Assembly (NCBI RefSeq): GCF_009834535.1
Contig: NC_045697.1
Coordinates: 89,902,001-89,966,000, forward strand
Reading direction: 5' to 3'
Length of the DNA: 64,000 nucleotides
Source: Camelus ferus
Lineage: Eukaryota
Shown: positions 1 through 13,900 of the stretch, in pieces
Layout: each line of letters opens with the position of its first letter
Numbering within the stretch: position 1 is the stretch's first letter
Position numbers and translations under genes: made by a program
Notes under the pieces: model-generated
What the model saw: the letters and a program-made list of their open reading frames with translations, nothing else
What the model was told of the DNA's origin: nothing
Database searches by the model: none

Positions 1-1299
1 GATAAGAGCATTTAATCCACTCCCACCTGAAAACAGAGCCAATGGTCAATAGCATTATGTCTCATGCCACATAATGTCCAGTTGTTATAGGAGGTAGGTT
101 ATTTGATTGTCAAACTGACATTTGTTGGGTTGTACAATCAGCCATATCTGAGAGTATATATTACCCTAGTTTTGCTAACTGAGTTGCAACTACATTTTAG
201 CACACTCTATTGTACCAAAGAGAAGAACAGAGAATTTGCTGAATTTATTTGTACCTAAGTTTTAATGTAGCAGGTCTTCCTAGAGGTACACACTGAGTAG
301 CCTTTATTTTAGATCATTGTTGGCCTACACTGCAACTCTCCTCCTTCCCTTTGTAAAGCACTACTTGATGAAGTAACTCTGTGACCTTATACCTCACCAG
401 ATATAAGAAATTCCAGTGAGAACAGTTTATATCTCGGCTCCAATGCAGTTAATCTTAAAGTCCCTCAAGTCTTAGGTGTTAGTGATGGCAAAGCCCTGCA
501 TTAGGTCATCCAGACCATCTCTTGGCAAGGTTCATTTCTGCAGTATTTGATGTTTGCTTTTCTCTACTTGGTCCAGTCCTATTCACTGACTTCAACTTTT
601 TACAATTTAAAAGGTACACTGGGGAAATCCCCAAATTTTCTTCTCAAAGCAAATCAGCAGATTATAAAAACTAGAAAAATGTAAGAACTCTAGATTTTAA
701 ATCTCCAGAGATGACAATGTTCTAAGGGAAGAAGAATGCTTATATCTATTTCTCCTAGAAACTTCAATCTGATGTGTTCAACCAATGAATATTTTTGGTA
801 ATAATTGTAATACTAGTTCCTTGTTACATTTATTAATTAATATCAGTATTCTGAGAATAACTATGCTAAAAAACCTATTTGAAATGGCCTGTGTGATATC
901 ACATGGAGAAATGGTCAACACAGCTATCTAGACATGGAACAATGAGACCACAGTTACTGCATTTAAGGCAGAGCCCTGCGCTGCCCAAATAGTGGGGACA
1001 CAACAGCAGTAACACTCTCGGGGATCACAAACCTACCGTTAAGTGACTGCTGTAAAAGAAGTAGACTGGATAGGAACTGACTTGGAATCTCTGAGAAAGC
1101 TACAAATCCTGACCACCCAGTTTTTCACTAATGCTGATATTATACAAAAGGCACATATAAATTGTCAGAACTCAGAGACCGTACATTTATATCTGTAGAC
1201 CAGCAACAATGAAAGCAGCTTAATTTCTCATCCTAAGTTAATGATCTCATTTAATCATTTAGGACTAGATACGTGAAAAAACATACATAATATTACTTT

Positions 1300-3700
1300 A
1301 AGATTTCTGCTTCTGATAATGGCCGAGTGGTGTGTTGCAGACTAATCCTCTGCCAAAAGTAACTAGAAAGGCTGAAAAATATGTTAAATCGGGTTGGAAG
1401 TATTGGATCACTACTAATGTAGAAGAAATTTGAGGAGCCAGGATTGTAAGAAAAAAAAGGAAAGCTCAGACAAGTGAGGCTGACATTATGGGCCAGTCTA
1501 AACAGTTTTCATATGCCCCTTGGTAAAAATACATATGCATTTCTCTAGAGTTTATACCTAGAATTAGAATGATGTGTCACAGAGTATTTATATCTTCCTT
1601 TTGGTAAATAGTGCCAAAGTTTTCAAAAATGGTTGAATAAATTTACACTCTCACCAGCAATGAAGAGAGCTCTGTTTGCTCTATATTCAGCTAACCCTGG
1701 CATTTAGAAATTTTTATTTATCAAGACACAATTCAGAGAATAAAAAAAGCCAAACCAAAGAATAGAAGATAGTTGCAATGTGTATATGTGACAAAAGACT
1801 CACATCCAGAATATATAAGGATTCCTACAAATCAATAAGAAAAAAAGACAATAGAAAAGTGTACAAAAGACCTGAATAGTCCTTTTACAAAATGGAATAT
1901 CCAAATTGATCTGTTACATATTAAAATATGCTAATATTAAAATATATTAAAACATTACCCATCAGAGATATGCACATTAAATGCACAGCAAGATACTTTC
2001 ACACACCTATCAGAATCCTTAATATTAGAAAAATGTAAAAGTCACCAAGCCTTTATTAAAATAGCAAGTATATCTTCAAAATGAGGATACAGATATCTAT
2101 ATATACATATATATTCTGTAATCCATTATTTCCCTGGCCAAATATGGAGCATTTTTGAGCATTAGAAAAGAATACTAACAATAATACATGATAACGTATT
2201 TTTAAAAATCCATGAATCTATTAAAAGACAGAAATGTTAAGAATGACTTTAAGCAAGAGTCATCGTGGGGAACAGAATGCAATTGCAATGTATCATCTTA
2301 CAGATAGCTTAATGAGTTACTTTACCAATTAAAAGAGCTGACAGGTACTACTTTAATCAAGTAGTAAAACAGCAGCACAAAAAATGGAATAAACTAATGT
2401 TGATGTGATAAAACAGAAAGTACAGAGCATCATATATGAAAATTCTTCACAAAACTCTTTAACCTGAATCTAATTATTAGGATACAATTCATCAAGTCTA
2501 AAGCATAAGACTTTTTATAAAAACTCTTAACTTTTTTTAATGGCAAGTTCACAAAAGACATAAAAAAAAGGTGGATCACTGTTCCAAACTAAAGAAAACT
2601 AGGGACATGAAAAACAAATGCAATGTATCAACTGTGATTACATTTCAAATAGACTATTCTTGGAAAAATTGCAAAAGTTACAGTATAGATTATATTTGAA
2701 ATCATATTACTGAATCAATGATAAACATTGAATTAATATTTTATATTTACTAATGCTGTAGTTACATAGAATGTCCTTGTTCTTAGAATATGGAGGCTGA
2801 AATGTTTGAAGCAAAATATCATAGTATCTGAAAATTACTTTCAAATGGTTTAGCAGCAAGTACAAAAGCAGAGATGAGAGAGAGAGAGAGAGACAGAAAC
2901 AGAGACAGAGACGGAGACAGATAGACAGACATGGATCACTAAAGGAGAGCAAACGGGGCAAAATGTTAGAAATAGATCAGCCTAGTTGAAAGATGTATTT
3001 TAGATTACTGTTCTTTCAAATTTTCTGACTTTTGAATATTTTTGAAATAAAAGATGGAGAAGATATTAGGAAGGAAAAATACTTTAGAATAACAACAACA
3101 AAAAACAATGTGAGAGGACTCAGTATCAGCAGATAAATATTAAAAGAAGTTCTTTGATTAGAAGAAAAATAAATCACATTAGGAATCACAGAGATGAAGA
3201 AAGTGTAAAACAACAAATGGGTAACTATTTGGTAATTATAAATGAATACTGATCACATTAGACAAGATAAGGTGGGGTGCTTGAAATATTAGAGAGAATT
3301 AAAATATCTGAAAAGAATGACACAAAAGGCAGGTGAAAATGGATTTCAAGTATTCCAAAGTCCTTTCATTGTCCCAGAAAGTGGTAACATCCTTAATTTA
3401 TATATGTTAAGGATATTTCTTCTATATTGATTGGTAACCACAGAAAAAATATCTAGAGAATGTAATGCTAATCTAGATAAAGGGGAAGGAATGAAATGAT
3501 AATACTTAATCCAAAAAGAAGGGGAAAAAAAGACAGAAAAGACTATATAGATCAGGTGGGACAAATAGAAAACAAATAATTATATGGTAGGTTTAAACAC
3601 AAATATTTCAAATGTAAACAGAAGAAGTAGTCCAAATAAAAGGTCAAGATTGTCAGTCTGGATAACGTAAGGTTTAGGAAATCCTATATGGAAAACCAAA
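1300..3700. mobile_element. Cluster of old L1M fragments (antisense ORF2 piece 1505-1700, sense ORF2 piece 1720-2050, L1MC4-like 3'UTR 2100-3060, inter-ORF/ORF2 start 3200-3680)
   Basis: Degenerate L1 motifs such as ATCCAGAATATATAAGGATTCCTACAAATCAATAAGAAAA and AATTTACACTCTCACCAGCAATG. Confidence 0.75.
2874..2930 (+). repeat. (GA)n/(GAGACA)n purine-rich microsatellite
   Basis: Directly visible. Confidence 0.9.
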
Positions 3701-4959
3701 GCTTAAAATACAGACTTCCCATAGTACCGAGAACACCAAAGAGATAGGATGGTCAGAGGAGAGTGTGATCATGTGGCATTTAATATTTCCTGTAATAGAT
3801 TTTGCAATGACATTCTTACAGTTGTATTACTTTCTGGAATAATGAATATGTCTGCTTACATGGCATAAGTTGTAATGAAAAACAGAAAGACAGTTTATTT
3901 TAATCTCTTTTTTTGTGAATTTGGAAATGGCACACATTCCTTTGTAGAAACCCTTGAGGTCTTCAGATAGGAATCTAGGGAGTTTTTTTTTTTTTTTTTA
4001 ATATGAAATAAGCAACAGATTTCATTTAAAATGCTCAATAATTTTCATGCTTTTAGATTGAGAACATTCTAGTTGTATGTAAAATAGTACAAAAATGGTA
4101 AAGTTTAAAAGAATACTCCTTAAAAATATATTCTGTTCTTTTAAAATAAATATCACAGATAATTTACAAAGGAGAATTGTACACATGAATAGTTTTAAAA
4201 TGGAGAGTTTTATGACTATTAGTTAAGTCACAGTCAATCATCTATACTTTATATTTGTCACCAGAAAAAAAATCAAATATTCTCAGCAATAACAAACTTT
4301 ATGCTATTGAAAATGAAATAATAATCCAGATAGACTGCTTTAGATTCCAATCCTGCTATTTATAGAAAATATTAGTATTTTTCACTTTACCATCCAAGGA
4401 TAGAAAAGTCTGCTTTGTTAATCCAGGACTAAGAACCTCAACAAACTTGAAGTTTAGTCAGTAGTATCTTTGACCAAATTTTCCATTTTCCTCCTATTTC
4501 CCTTGATTTCCTTTTTGCAATTTAGTCTAAGTTTTACAAGCACCACTCATCTAGAAAACTGCTCTTAAATAGAAGAGATAATACAATGTGGAATGAAATT
4601 GCTATTGACCACAATTCTTGTTTTTTGCTGTTACAGATATATGTAAAATAAAGTTTTAAAACTATTGTTAGAAATTGATTTTCTAATCAGTTGAGCTGTA
4701 TAACGAAAAATTATTTTGTTTACCACAAAGCTTTCTGTGTTACTCTAAAATTCTTGTTATAAAGAATATCTTTTATTTCAAACAATTTTTCTCTTTAAAT
4801 TTTAAAACTTTCCATTTAAATCACTGTAGATAAGAAGTCATTGGGAATCAAAAATATAATTTATTGGTATTGTTTTCAAATTAGGCAAACTATGACCCAC
4901 TGAGACAATATGGGCCTACAATGAGCAGAATTAAAAATGTTTTTTTATAATAATGATAA

Positions 4960-5120
4960 CACCAAGTTTTATGTAACACTGGACAATTTTCAAAATGTTT
5001 CTCACTATTTTATTTGGTCATCACAACACCCTTGTGATTTAGCAGTAAAAAAGGACAATTTGTACCATTTTATAGATAAAGGAATAAAGCTCCAAGAAGT
5101 TTAAGTAAATCCAAGTTGGA
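4960..5120 (-). mobile_element. MIR SINE
   Basis: Core-like CCATTTTATAGATAAAGGAATAAAGCTCCAAGAAGTTTAAGT. Confidence 0.65.
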
Positions 5121-7309
5121 CGGTTATTGATAGATTACCTAGAAGAATGACAAATTGTTTATTTATTATCCAACATTTATTATGTACCTCCAATGTCCAG
5201 GCTCCCTGTATATATTGTTTAGAAATATTTCTTAGAGCCCCGGTGTTTTGTTTATGCTATTATTGATGGTGATGGTGATGATAATGATGTAGTGTGGTAT
5301 GCATGTGCACACAACCATAAATGGAAGAGAAAGGAGGGGAAAAGAAATTAGATAGGGATGATAAAAGTAAGGATTAGTTAAATACAGAATTTCAGATGAG
5401 AAGAAATAAAATTATTGCATCCAAGAATAGCTAGGTCTCCTGGAAAAAAATTTTTTAAAAAAGGAAATCCAACAAAATTAGAAGAAAGGTCATTTATGTT
5501 TTTGCTCGTGGGTCTATTTTGCTAAATTATGAAAAAACTGTATTTGAAAAAACTGAGAGAATTCTTTACCAATAAAAATATTTTTATAGATAATCAATTA
5601 CTGTTAATGGGAATGCATAACCAAGGATTTCAACATTTTTAGTGGACTATAAAGCTGGGTCTTTGAGGTAGATATGAAAATATAAAAAGCTGTCATAAAA
5701 TTTTACATCAAATACAAAACAGAGTTAGGTAGCATGCTACATAATATCAAAAGTAACGACTTAAGTGTGATGATAGACTCATAATTTCCTTTACCTTCCA
5801 TTGCTCCTGCAAAGTTCTCTGGACTTTTCCCTTAGAAATTTCAGGGTTATGCCTAAAAATTCATTTTGCTCTGTTCCAGATAATATATACCTTAGGAAGT
5901 ATTTTTTGGAGTATATGAACTTGCATTTAAATATTCAACACCTTTCTTATACTTTTTGATTCAGAGGTTGCTGATTCCCACCTCTCACTTTCTTAATTCC
6001 TGGCATCCTTCTTTCAATCCCTTAGTCTTTGCCTTTATGAATCACATTTAGAAATGCTTCAGTTCCTTCCTGTATCACACACTGGAACTTAGGCTCCTTT
6101 GTTTTTCATTATATTTCATAAGGCTTTCTTCCCAATAACCCTTTACTCTTCTACCACTTCCTTTGTATTTTTAAGCCCCAGTTTCCGCTTGCTAATTATT
6201 TCCAATGTAAAAGACTCTGATAATGTGATTATAACCTATCAATGGAATATGGAAGTGGTGAAACCAAACTAAAAGGAGCTGAGGGACTATAGCAGAGCTT
6301 AGTAGGAGCAGCAAATGATTACTGGGCTTAGGAAAGGAAAACGAAGGAGTAGGAATAATACAGGATAGCATACTAAGCATTACTAAAATGTAACTGCCTT
6401 ACTTTTAGTGGTATCATAAACTGATTTGCCTATGTGTCCAACTCAGGGAGAGACAAAAATCACTATATGGCCAATTGCTGTGAAGAAAGAAGAAAGTGTA
6501 TAGATAAGGAGACTACAGAGAAAGTGACCGAACTAGGCCAGTTCTAGGCTGAAAGAAGAGACGGTAGTTTCACCAAGGTCTTCAAAACTCCACACGTTCA
6601 AGGTGCACCAGAAAAGTCATGAAGCTGCAATTACTGCAATCAAACTTTCTCACACTGAAGCCTAGTTCTAATAGTTGCAAATGAAGTTAATGGGTATCGC
6701 ACAAGAATTCTGTATTTTCATATACCCTATTGGTTTGATTGTTTATATATAAATTATAAGTATTTTATGCTACATGAAATTTTATCTACAATTCTATGGC
6801 AATATTCACCTGCCATATTCCTCCTATTCCCAAATGTACCAAGAAGGGGGTGGACAGTGACAAATTCATGAAAAATACCAAAGAAAGAATTACACTTATA
6901 ATTGCACTTATAATTCATATTATTTACTCATGGTAGACTAAAAATTCACATGTTGTAAAAATGTAGACAGGAAACATTTACATATAGTTACATTTCCATA
7001 ATGATTATATTATGGGGAAATGGTATTATACCCTGATATAGAAATAGCCAAAAAAAAAAAAAAAGCTCTAAGATTTAACTACTTTCAGGATTATTTGGTT
7101 TCAATTTTTGCTCTATTACCTGTGTGCTTGTACCTCTCAAGTCCTGCAGTATTGTGTTTCAAAGAGGAAATTGTTAGTAAAGTACTTACCTTAAATAAGA
7201 GAACAAGCTTGAGCTTAGGGTTTCCAAATACAAAAATTAAATTATCATTTGAGAAAAAAAAACTACACATAAATTCTAAATAAAGGAAGGTTTTCATTTT
7301 TTTTTTCTT

Positions 7310-8180
7310 TTCTTTAGATGGGATCATTTTTAATGAGCTATCTTCAAGTGCACTTATCTTTGTCATCCCCACGTTAATTTTAAGACCATCCCTTAAAATA
7401 TTTATTTTAAATATTGTATCTTTTGTTCTGAATTTTCATTTGGTTTCTTTTTATATTATCAGTTTCTCTGCTATTTCCTATCTTTTCATCATTCTGAATG
7501 TACTTTTTTTCCTCGACCATCTTAAGCATACTTATAATACCAGATTTAAAGCCTTCCTCCAACAATTCCAACTCTGGGTATATCTTGGAGTTGGCCTCTT
7601 TGGATTATATTTTCCTGGTTCTTTGAATGTCTATTACTTTTGGATTGTATCCTGGACTTATCAATATTCTGTGTGTAGACTGAATTCTATTATATTTTTT
7701 GAAGGATATTGATGTTTATATTTCAGCAGGTACTTAACTAAGTTAGTCTTAAATTGCAAAGCCTTTTCTCCATATGAGTGGTAATTCAAATTTCAGTTCA
7801 GGTGTTTTAGCCTTAGCTGAAAGCTATACTGAATCAGTTCTTTGTATCCATGGTTGTCCAAGAGAGTTGGGCAAAGTTTACAGACCAAAAATTGGGGAAC
7901 TCCTTTTGTGATCCTATCTTTCCAGGATTCCACCCTCATTTTCTAGTGATGACTGCTTCACACAGATTCTCCTCTGGCCAAAAAGTTAGTATGTTTCTAT
8001 TAGTGATTTTGACAACCCATGATACTGCATGACACAGGCCACCTGCAGCTTAAAGCTCCAAAAATGCTATGCCAGTGTCTCCTGCCAAGTTTCAGTTTGC
8101 CTCCCTTGTTTTTGTTCACTCTCCAGAGCTTTTAAGCTTTAAAAATTTTTTGTCCAAATTCTATAGTTATCTTCATAATA
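7310..8180 (-). mobile_element. Old L1M 5'/ORF1 region
   Basis: Resembles antisense ORF1 (GAGCTATCTTCAAGTGCACTTATCTTT; CCAACAATTCCAACTCTGGGT). Confidence 0.6.
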
Positions 8181-10174
8181 GATAGTACATTAGAGTGAGA
8201 TTCACCCATGCTTTTGCATGTATCAGCAGTATTTTTTAAATTGATTCTTCAATTAATATTATTTTAAATTCCATTTGCATCTCTTAATTCATATGAATAA
8301 TACGGCCAACAAGGCTTTAAAGTTTAGAAATATAGGACTTCTGAAAATACACTTTAAAAAACACGTTTGAACTAAAGGTGCAATGGTTAGCATTTCTTAC
8401 ATAGTATGTTAAATATAAAAACAGATCATGAACTTAAACTACTGTCAGACAACTCAATCTGAAAAAAAAATATTGAAACCAAGTTAGAAATACATATCTT
8501 CAATAAAACACAGTTTTTCACATAACCTATTTCATTCTCTAACAAAATGATAACATAAAAAGGTATAGGTATATGACACTTAGGTATATGGATAATCCTT
8601 TCAACTCCAATTAACTGAGAATCTTCAAGTCTCACTAATATAATGTTTCAGTTCCATGTTAATTTCAAAAATAATTCAAGAAATTGGTACTATTTCTAAT
8701 TATCTCAAAATTACCCCCAATTCCTTCCATGTGGCCCAATGAAGTTAGGCCAAGAAAATATTACTAAGAATACTGATGTACTTGGTCTCTGTTGCATAGA
8801 TTCTTAGTGTTAAGAAGGACTGTCACCAGGAACCAAGTTCAATTTTGAAAGAGCCAGTTAGTGGATTATATCATATAGTGGTGGTGGAGATATAGTGGTA
8901 CCATAAAAAAGGACATGCTTCATTTACAGAAAACTTCAAATGAATGGATAAAAATAATGATGGGGATAACAATAAAAATAGCAGCTAGTTTCTTTCAGTG
9001 ATTTTAGGCATAATCAGGGTATGCTAGCATTTCTGATAATCTCTTACCAAAAGGCTCAGGTAACAAGCTACCCTCCCAAATCTTACTGAATTATTCTCTA
9101 TTTGGTTTCTCCATCTCATGGCCCTAGGCATTACCAAACTTCTCACTGGTGGGCACTTTTTTCTTCTATTATGATTAGATTCATATAAGCTATGCAGTCT
9201 TCCAGATAGCAAAGAATTATACAATCACTGATACTCAGAGCTAACTGTGCCTAAGCATTGTGTCTGTAGGACATATCATTCTAGATTATATCTAAGTTAG
9301 GCTATAAATAGATGCCATGCTAATAAATGATTTTTAGTCAGGGTAAGTTTCTGTTTTAAACATGAGGCATTTGTCCAAAAGAAAAAGCAGGAGTGTTGGG
9401 AGGGATACATATATTAAGAAAGGGTGGAAAGTCAAACAGGAATTATCTTGGTTACATAGAAAATAAGGAATAATGGAAACTTCATCTATTAGAGTACCAG
9501 ATCTAGGTAGGGTTTTATATTTTAGCATCTTGACTCTTCTTTGTGTGTGAGTATGTGATAACTGAATATCAAATGGTATGTCTTATCAAGAAACAAGTCA
9601 TAATATTATATGTCATATGTCAGTTATACCTCAATAAAAAATAAGCAATGCTGACTATTATTGAAAGATCTATAAAAAGAAGGAAAATTATATAGATTGC
9701 ACTTTTTTACAGTTGTTTCAATTAAATTTATGTCAGTGATGAACACATAATTTCAAAAAGTCATAATCATATATATTACTACATATGTCATATCAAAATT
9801 CATATACTTCCTTTGAATTACAACCAAAATGTTTCCTGTATTGACATGTATGTAGCATGATCTACAATTATAATATTTGGTTATAACATAAACATTGCCA
9901 ATGTCTATAATTAATTTGTTGGCAGTCTTGAGTTTTGTGTGGTTTTTTTTTCCCCCGTTTGGTTATTTTGAGAAGTTATCATCATGCAGCAATTTTAATC
10001 CACTTAAATTTAGACAATTGTCATTGTTTGGTTTTGCTTCCTTCTCAAGGATCCTCTTACTGAAAATAAAATGTGTACTGATTATTTAAAGTTTAAAATA
10101 TAACTATTCCTTTTAATCATTGACTTCAAAAATTTTGAAATCATATTATCAAGCCCTACATTAAAAGGGAACAG

Positions 10175-10940
10175 CATATCAATCACAGAATGTAAGAAAT
10201 AGTAGAATGCTAACTAATCAATGTAGAAAGAATAAACAAAATAGACATTCATCATTTAGTAACCAACATAGTAGTAGTTGTTGTATACATTAAGAATCAT
10301 CAATGGATTCTAAAGCCAGTGGGTGAAAGTTTATGAGGTATAGAATATTAGAAAATATTGGAATATCAACCCACAAAATATCAGTCAAATGCAAAAGGGA
10401 AAATAGTGACTTGACTTAGGCAAAAAAGCATGGGCTGAGTCTGTTCATGAAGGAATGCTAGACAGACCCAGGTTGAGGGCACTTGATAGAATGAAATGAT
10501 TGTATTCTGCAAGACTATCAAGGACATGAGAGACAAGGAAAGAATTAGGAACAAATCAAAGAAAAATGATAGCTAAGTGCAGCATGTATTTCTGGACAGG
10601 ATCTGGGACAAGAAGGAAAAAGAGACATTGCTGGGACAATTGGTAAAATTTGCATGATAATAGTAAATCAATGATTTCTTGACTGGGAGAACTGTGTGAT
10701 GGCAATGTAGGAGAATTTTGTTCCGTGGGGGAGAGAGAGAGAGAACATATGCATTATTGTGTTAATCTGAGTCTAGAATATACTTTGGGAGGGAATATAC
10801 TTTCTTGTACTTAGAGAGTTCTTTGTACTTGGAACTTAGACATTCTTTGTACTGTCTGGCAAGCTGTATGCAAATTTTAAACTAATTCAAACTATTTCAA
10901 ACTATTTTATCTATTTTATCATAGATAAAAATAAAGAAGC
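10175..10940 (+). mobile_element. L1MC4/L1MC5-like 3'UTR
   Basis: GAATCATCAATGGATTCTAAAGCCAGTGGGTGAAAGTTTATGAGG and GACATTGCTGGGACAATTGGTAAAATTTG. Confidence 0.7.
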
Positions 10941-13900
10941 AAATTTAAAATGATGAATGAAAATAATGAAAAAATTAAACCGTTTGTTCCATCCTGTGAG
11001 ACTTAGAATATTATTACACCATTATTGATCTGGATATTTGGCAAATAGATTGTCTTTGAATTTTGTTTCACATTTTTATCTTCCCCATGCAGATGAAAAG
11101 GATGTAATTTTTTGCCACATATGTAACGCTCTTCAGAGTTTGGCTCCAGAGCATAGTGATTAGTTGGAAGACCCTCTGGAATTTAAAGGAAGAGTCAGGT
11201 CATCTCTCTCCCAAGATAGAACTCAGTAAAATGAGGCTGACTGAAGCTCAGTAGCTGAGTTCATTTGTTTATCAAATATTGGCTGACTGATGCCTGACCT
11301 CTTGGAACTAGCTGAGTCCCCTGGCTGACTGGTTGGCTGAACTCCTGGTCTCTCTTCCCTCAACCCTCCCCACCAACTCCTGTTTCTGCCTTTGCTCGTT
11401 TAGCTGGTTGGCTGCCCTCCGTAAGGCTACCGAGATGTTGCCAAAAGATTGAGAGTACCGGTAATGATAATAAAATTGACTCAATACAGGCAGAGACCTC
11501 AGATAAAAACATGAAAAATTCAAAGTAAAAAAGCATTACTGGATGCTAAAGTGTGTAGCAGTAAATCTCATTGATTATTTGAACTAGTTGACCATTTTCC
11601 AATTACTATGAAGTAAAAGAACAGTGGCATAATTGCACATATAGCTCTTTTCTGGCCAATGACATTATTGCTTTACATCTAGTAGTAAATTAACAAAATG
11701 TAGTAAAAGTAGAATAGAGAGGTAAGAAAAGATTTAAAATGTAATAAGTAGTTTGTAGGTCTAGGCATTATGCTTGGCTTTTGAAATAATCTTAGCCTTA
11801 GATCTGTATATAGTGAGGGAACTAAAGGCCATAAGGTTAAGAGCCCAAATTGTGCTTGGGTTGTGTCAGACTGCACACAGACACACAACTTATTAGCAAA
11901 CTGATCTCTCTTGAAAAAATCTATTTATGACGCAGTACATATTGGACCAACGTATTGGTACCAATCTCAGTAAACCCCGGGCACATTTACCTTCCAAGCT
12001 GAATGATCAATCAGTTATACCTTCTACTTCATGCATTTCATGAAATTCTCAATATTTTTATATAATCCTTTAGTTATTCAATGTCATGTGACTACTTTCA
12101 TTAATAGTATATATGTATGTGTTTGTGATGGAGTGAGAATCAGGGTATTCCATATAATTACTGCTTTATTACCTTGCCTAAACAGATATGCCATATTTTC
12201 TTTTTCTTAAACTTACATTATTGCTTATCTATTGGAAGTACAAGTTATTGTGATAATAAATGACAGTGTAATTAATCATCCTTTCCTAATGGCATAGATA
12301 TTTTTAAAAGTTCATTGAAAAACTCAAAGAGATTGCAATCATTATAAGGATTCTAATCATTATAAGCATTTGGGTTCAAATGAGTAGCAAAAAAAGTTCT
12401 TTCAGACAGGGAGCTCCTTAAACCAAAATATGTCAGCCATGCCAACTACTTTCAGTACAATCTAGACACTTGTTTGGCAAAGTGGTTCACGGAAGTACCT
12501 CTAATGATGAGAAAGAGAAGTCTTCTGAAGTGGACTGTGAAAGTCAGGAAACTTCTTTGAAGTTACAAGTTTGTATGTTCAGGTCGTAATAAATTCTGTA
12601 TTATATCTGAAGCACATTAAAATGAAAATTACTCACTCTTCTGTAAAATTAGCATTCTAGAAGCTGTGTCATGGTCACTTAGTGTTTCCCCTAACCTCCC
12701 ATACACTGTGCCACCAGCTAAGTTCATGCTCCACTTTGAGAAGAGGAACTTTCTACAACAAAAGAAGGGTTAAAATAATTAGAAATATTTGAAGAGAGAA
12801 TGTGATTTAGCACTTACTCAGTTACTATCTAAGTGACAACTTTTCTGCTTCTGCAAAAAGTTTTCCTTTTTTACTGATTTATGTTCAGAAGCCATAAAAT
12901 TTGAGTCTATGTGTATGTTATGTATGCATATGCATTCCTCCCAATAGTGAATCTGACTGGATTCATCCAATTTCCCCATCCAATTCCATTTTGTACCAAA
13001 GATTTGACTTTGACTTTGTCAGAACAGAGAAGGCTACCAAATATTTCATTTTAGGTCATGAAACAGAAAAAAAAAATCTGTACCCATCACTGTTAAGGAT
13101 ATTCTAAATACTGAATGCCCTCAGGATGAAGAATGGCTTATTTCTTCCACAATTTTGTAGAAAACGTGCCCTTTGGTATTATTGATAAACACTGAATAAA
13201 GGCATTTATGAATTAAAGAATCATTCAATAGGTCTGAGTAGACATCTAAACCAAATCACAGAAAATAGATTAACCAAAATAGCAAGTTCAGAAAATTAAA
13301 CCACAGATATTAGTATTGCTTATATGACTGTACCATACACATATAGCCGATTTCAATAACCAGTTGTAAAAACTATTAACATAAGGAACTGAGCCAGGAG
13401 AAATAAAGTAATACTTTTGTACAGTCCAAGAAGTTGAAAAATACAACATTCCACAAAAACCATTTCCAGTGATGTCTTAATTGTTGCAAAACAAAGAAAT
13501 GTCATTCTTAAGTTAGCACAGTGTTCTAACGTTATCAGTCAATACTATTTGATATATATTCCCTTAATCATTCTCAAAAAGGATACTGAATATTTTGGAC
13601 AGCTAATATTTAAAACTGAGCAGCACATGGCCAGCTAAAGGGAATAACTTGTGGGAGGGGTGGGAGATCCTCTTTCTATCCTGTTCAAGAAACTGTAATA
13701 TAGAACACTTTAAATCAATCAAAACTGTGAAAAGACATGGGTAAAATTATCTGAGGCCCATACTGGGTCATCATTCTAAAATTTCCCTAATACTTTATAG
13801 AGATAGTAATGAGTACAATGTCTATAGAAAGGTCTGGATGGGAAGAGGAAGGAGATGTTTGTTTGAAAGATTTTGGGAGGTTCCTGGCTGTATTCCAATC

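Noticed and set aside
12406..12568. Exon-like block (RELLKPKY.../HLFGKVVHG...)
   Set aside because: Every frame from the 12405 acceptor hits a stop, the donor GTTTGT is weak, and the peptide is not recognised.
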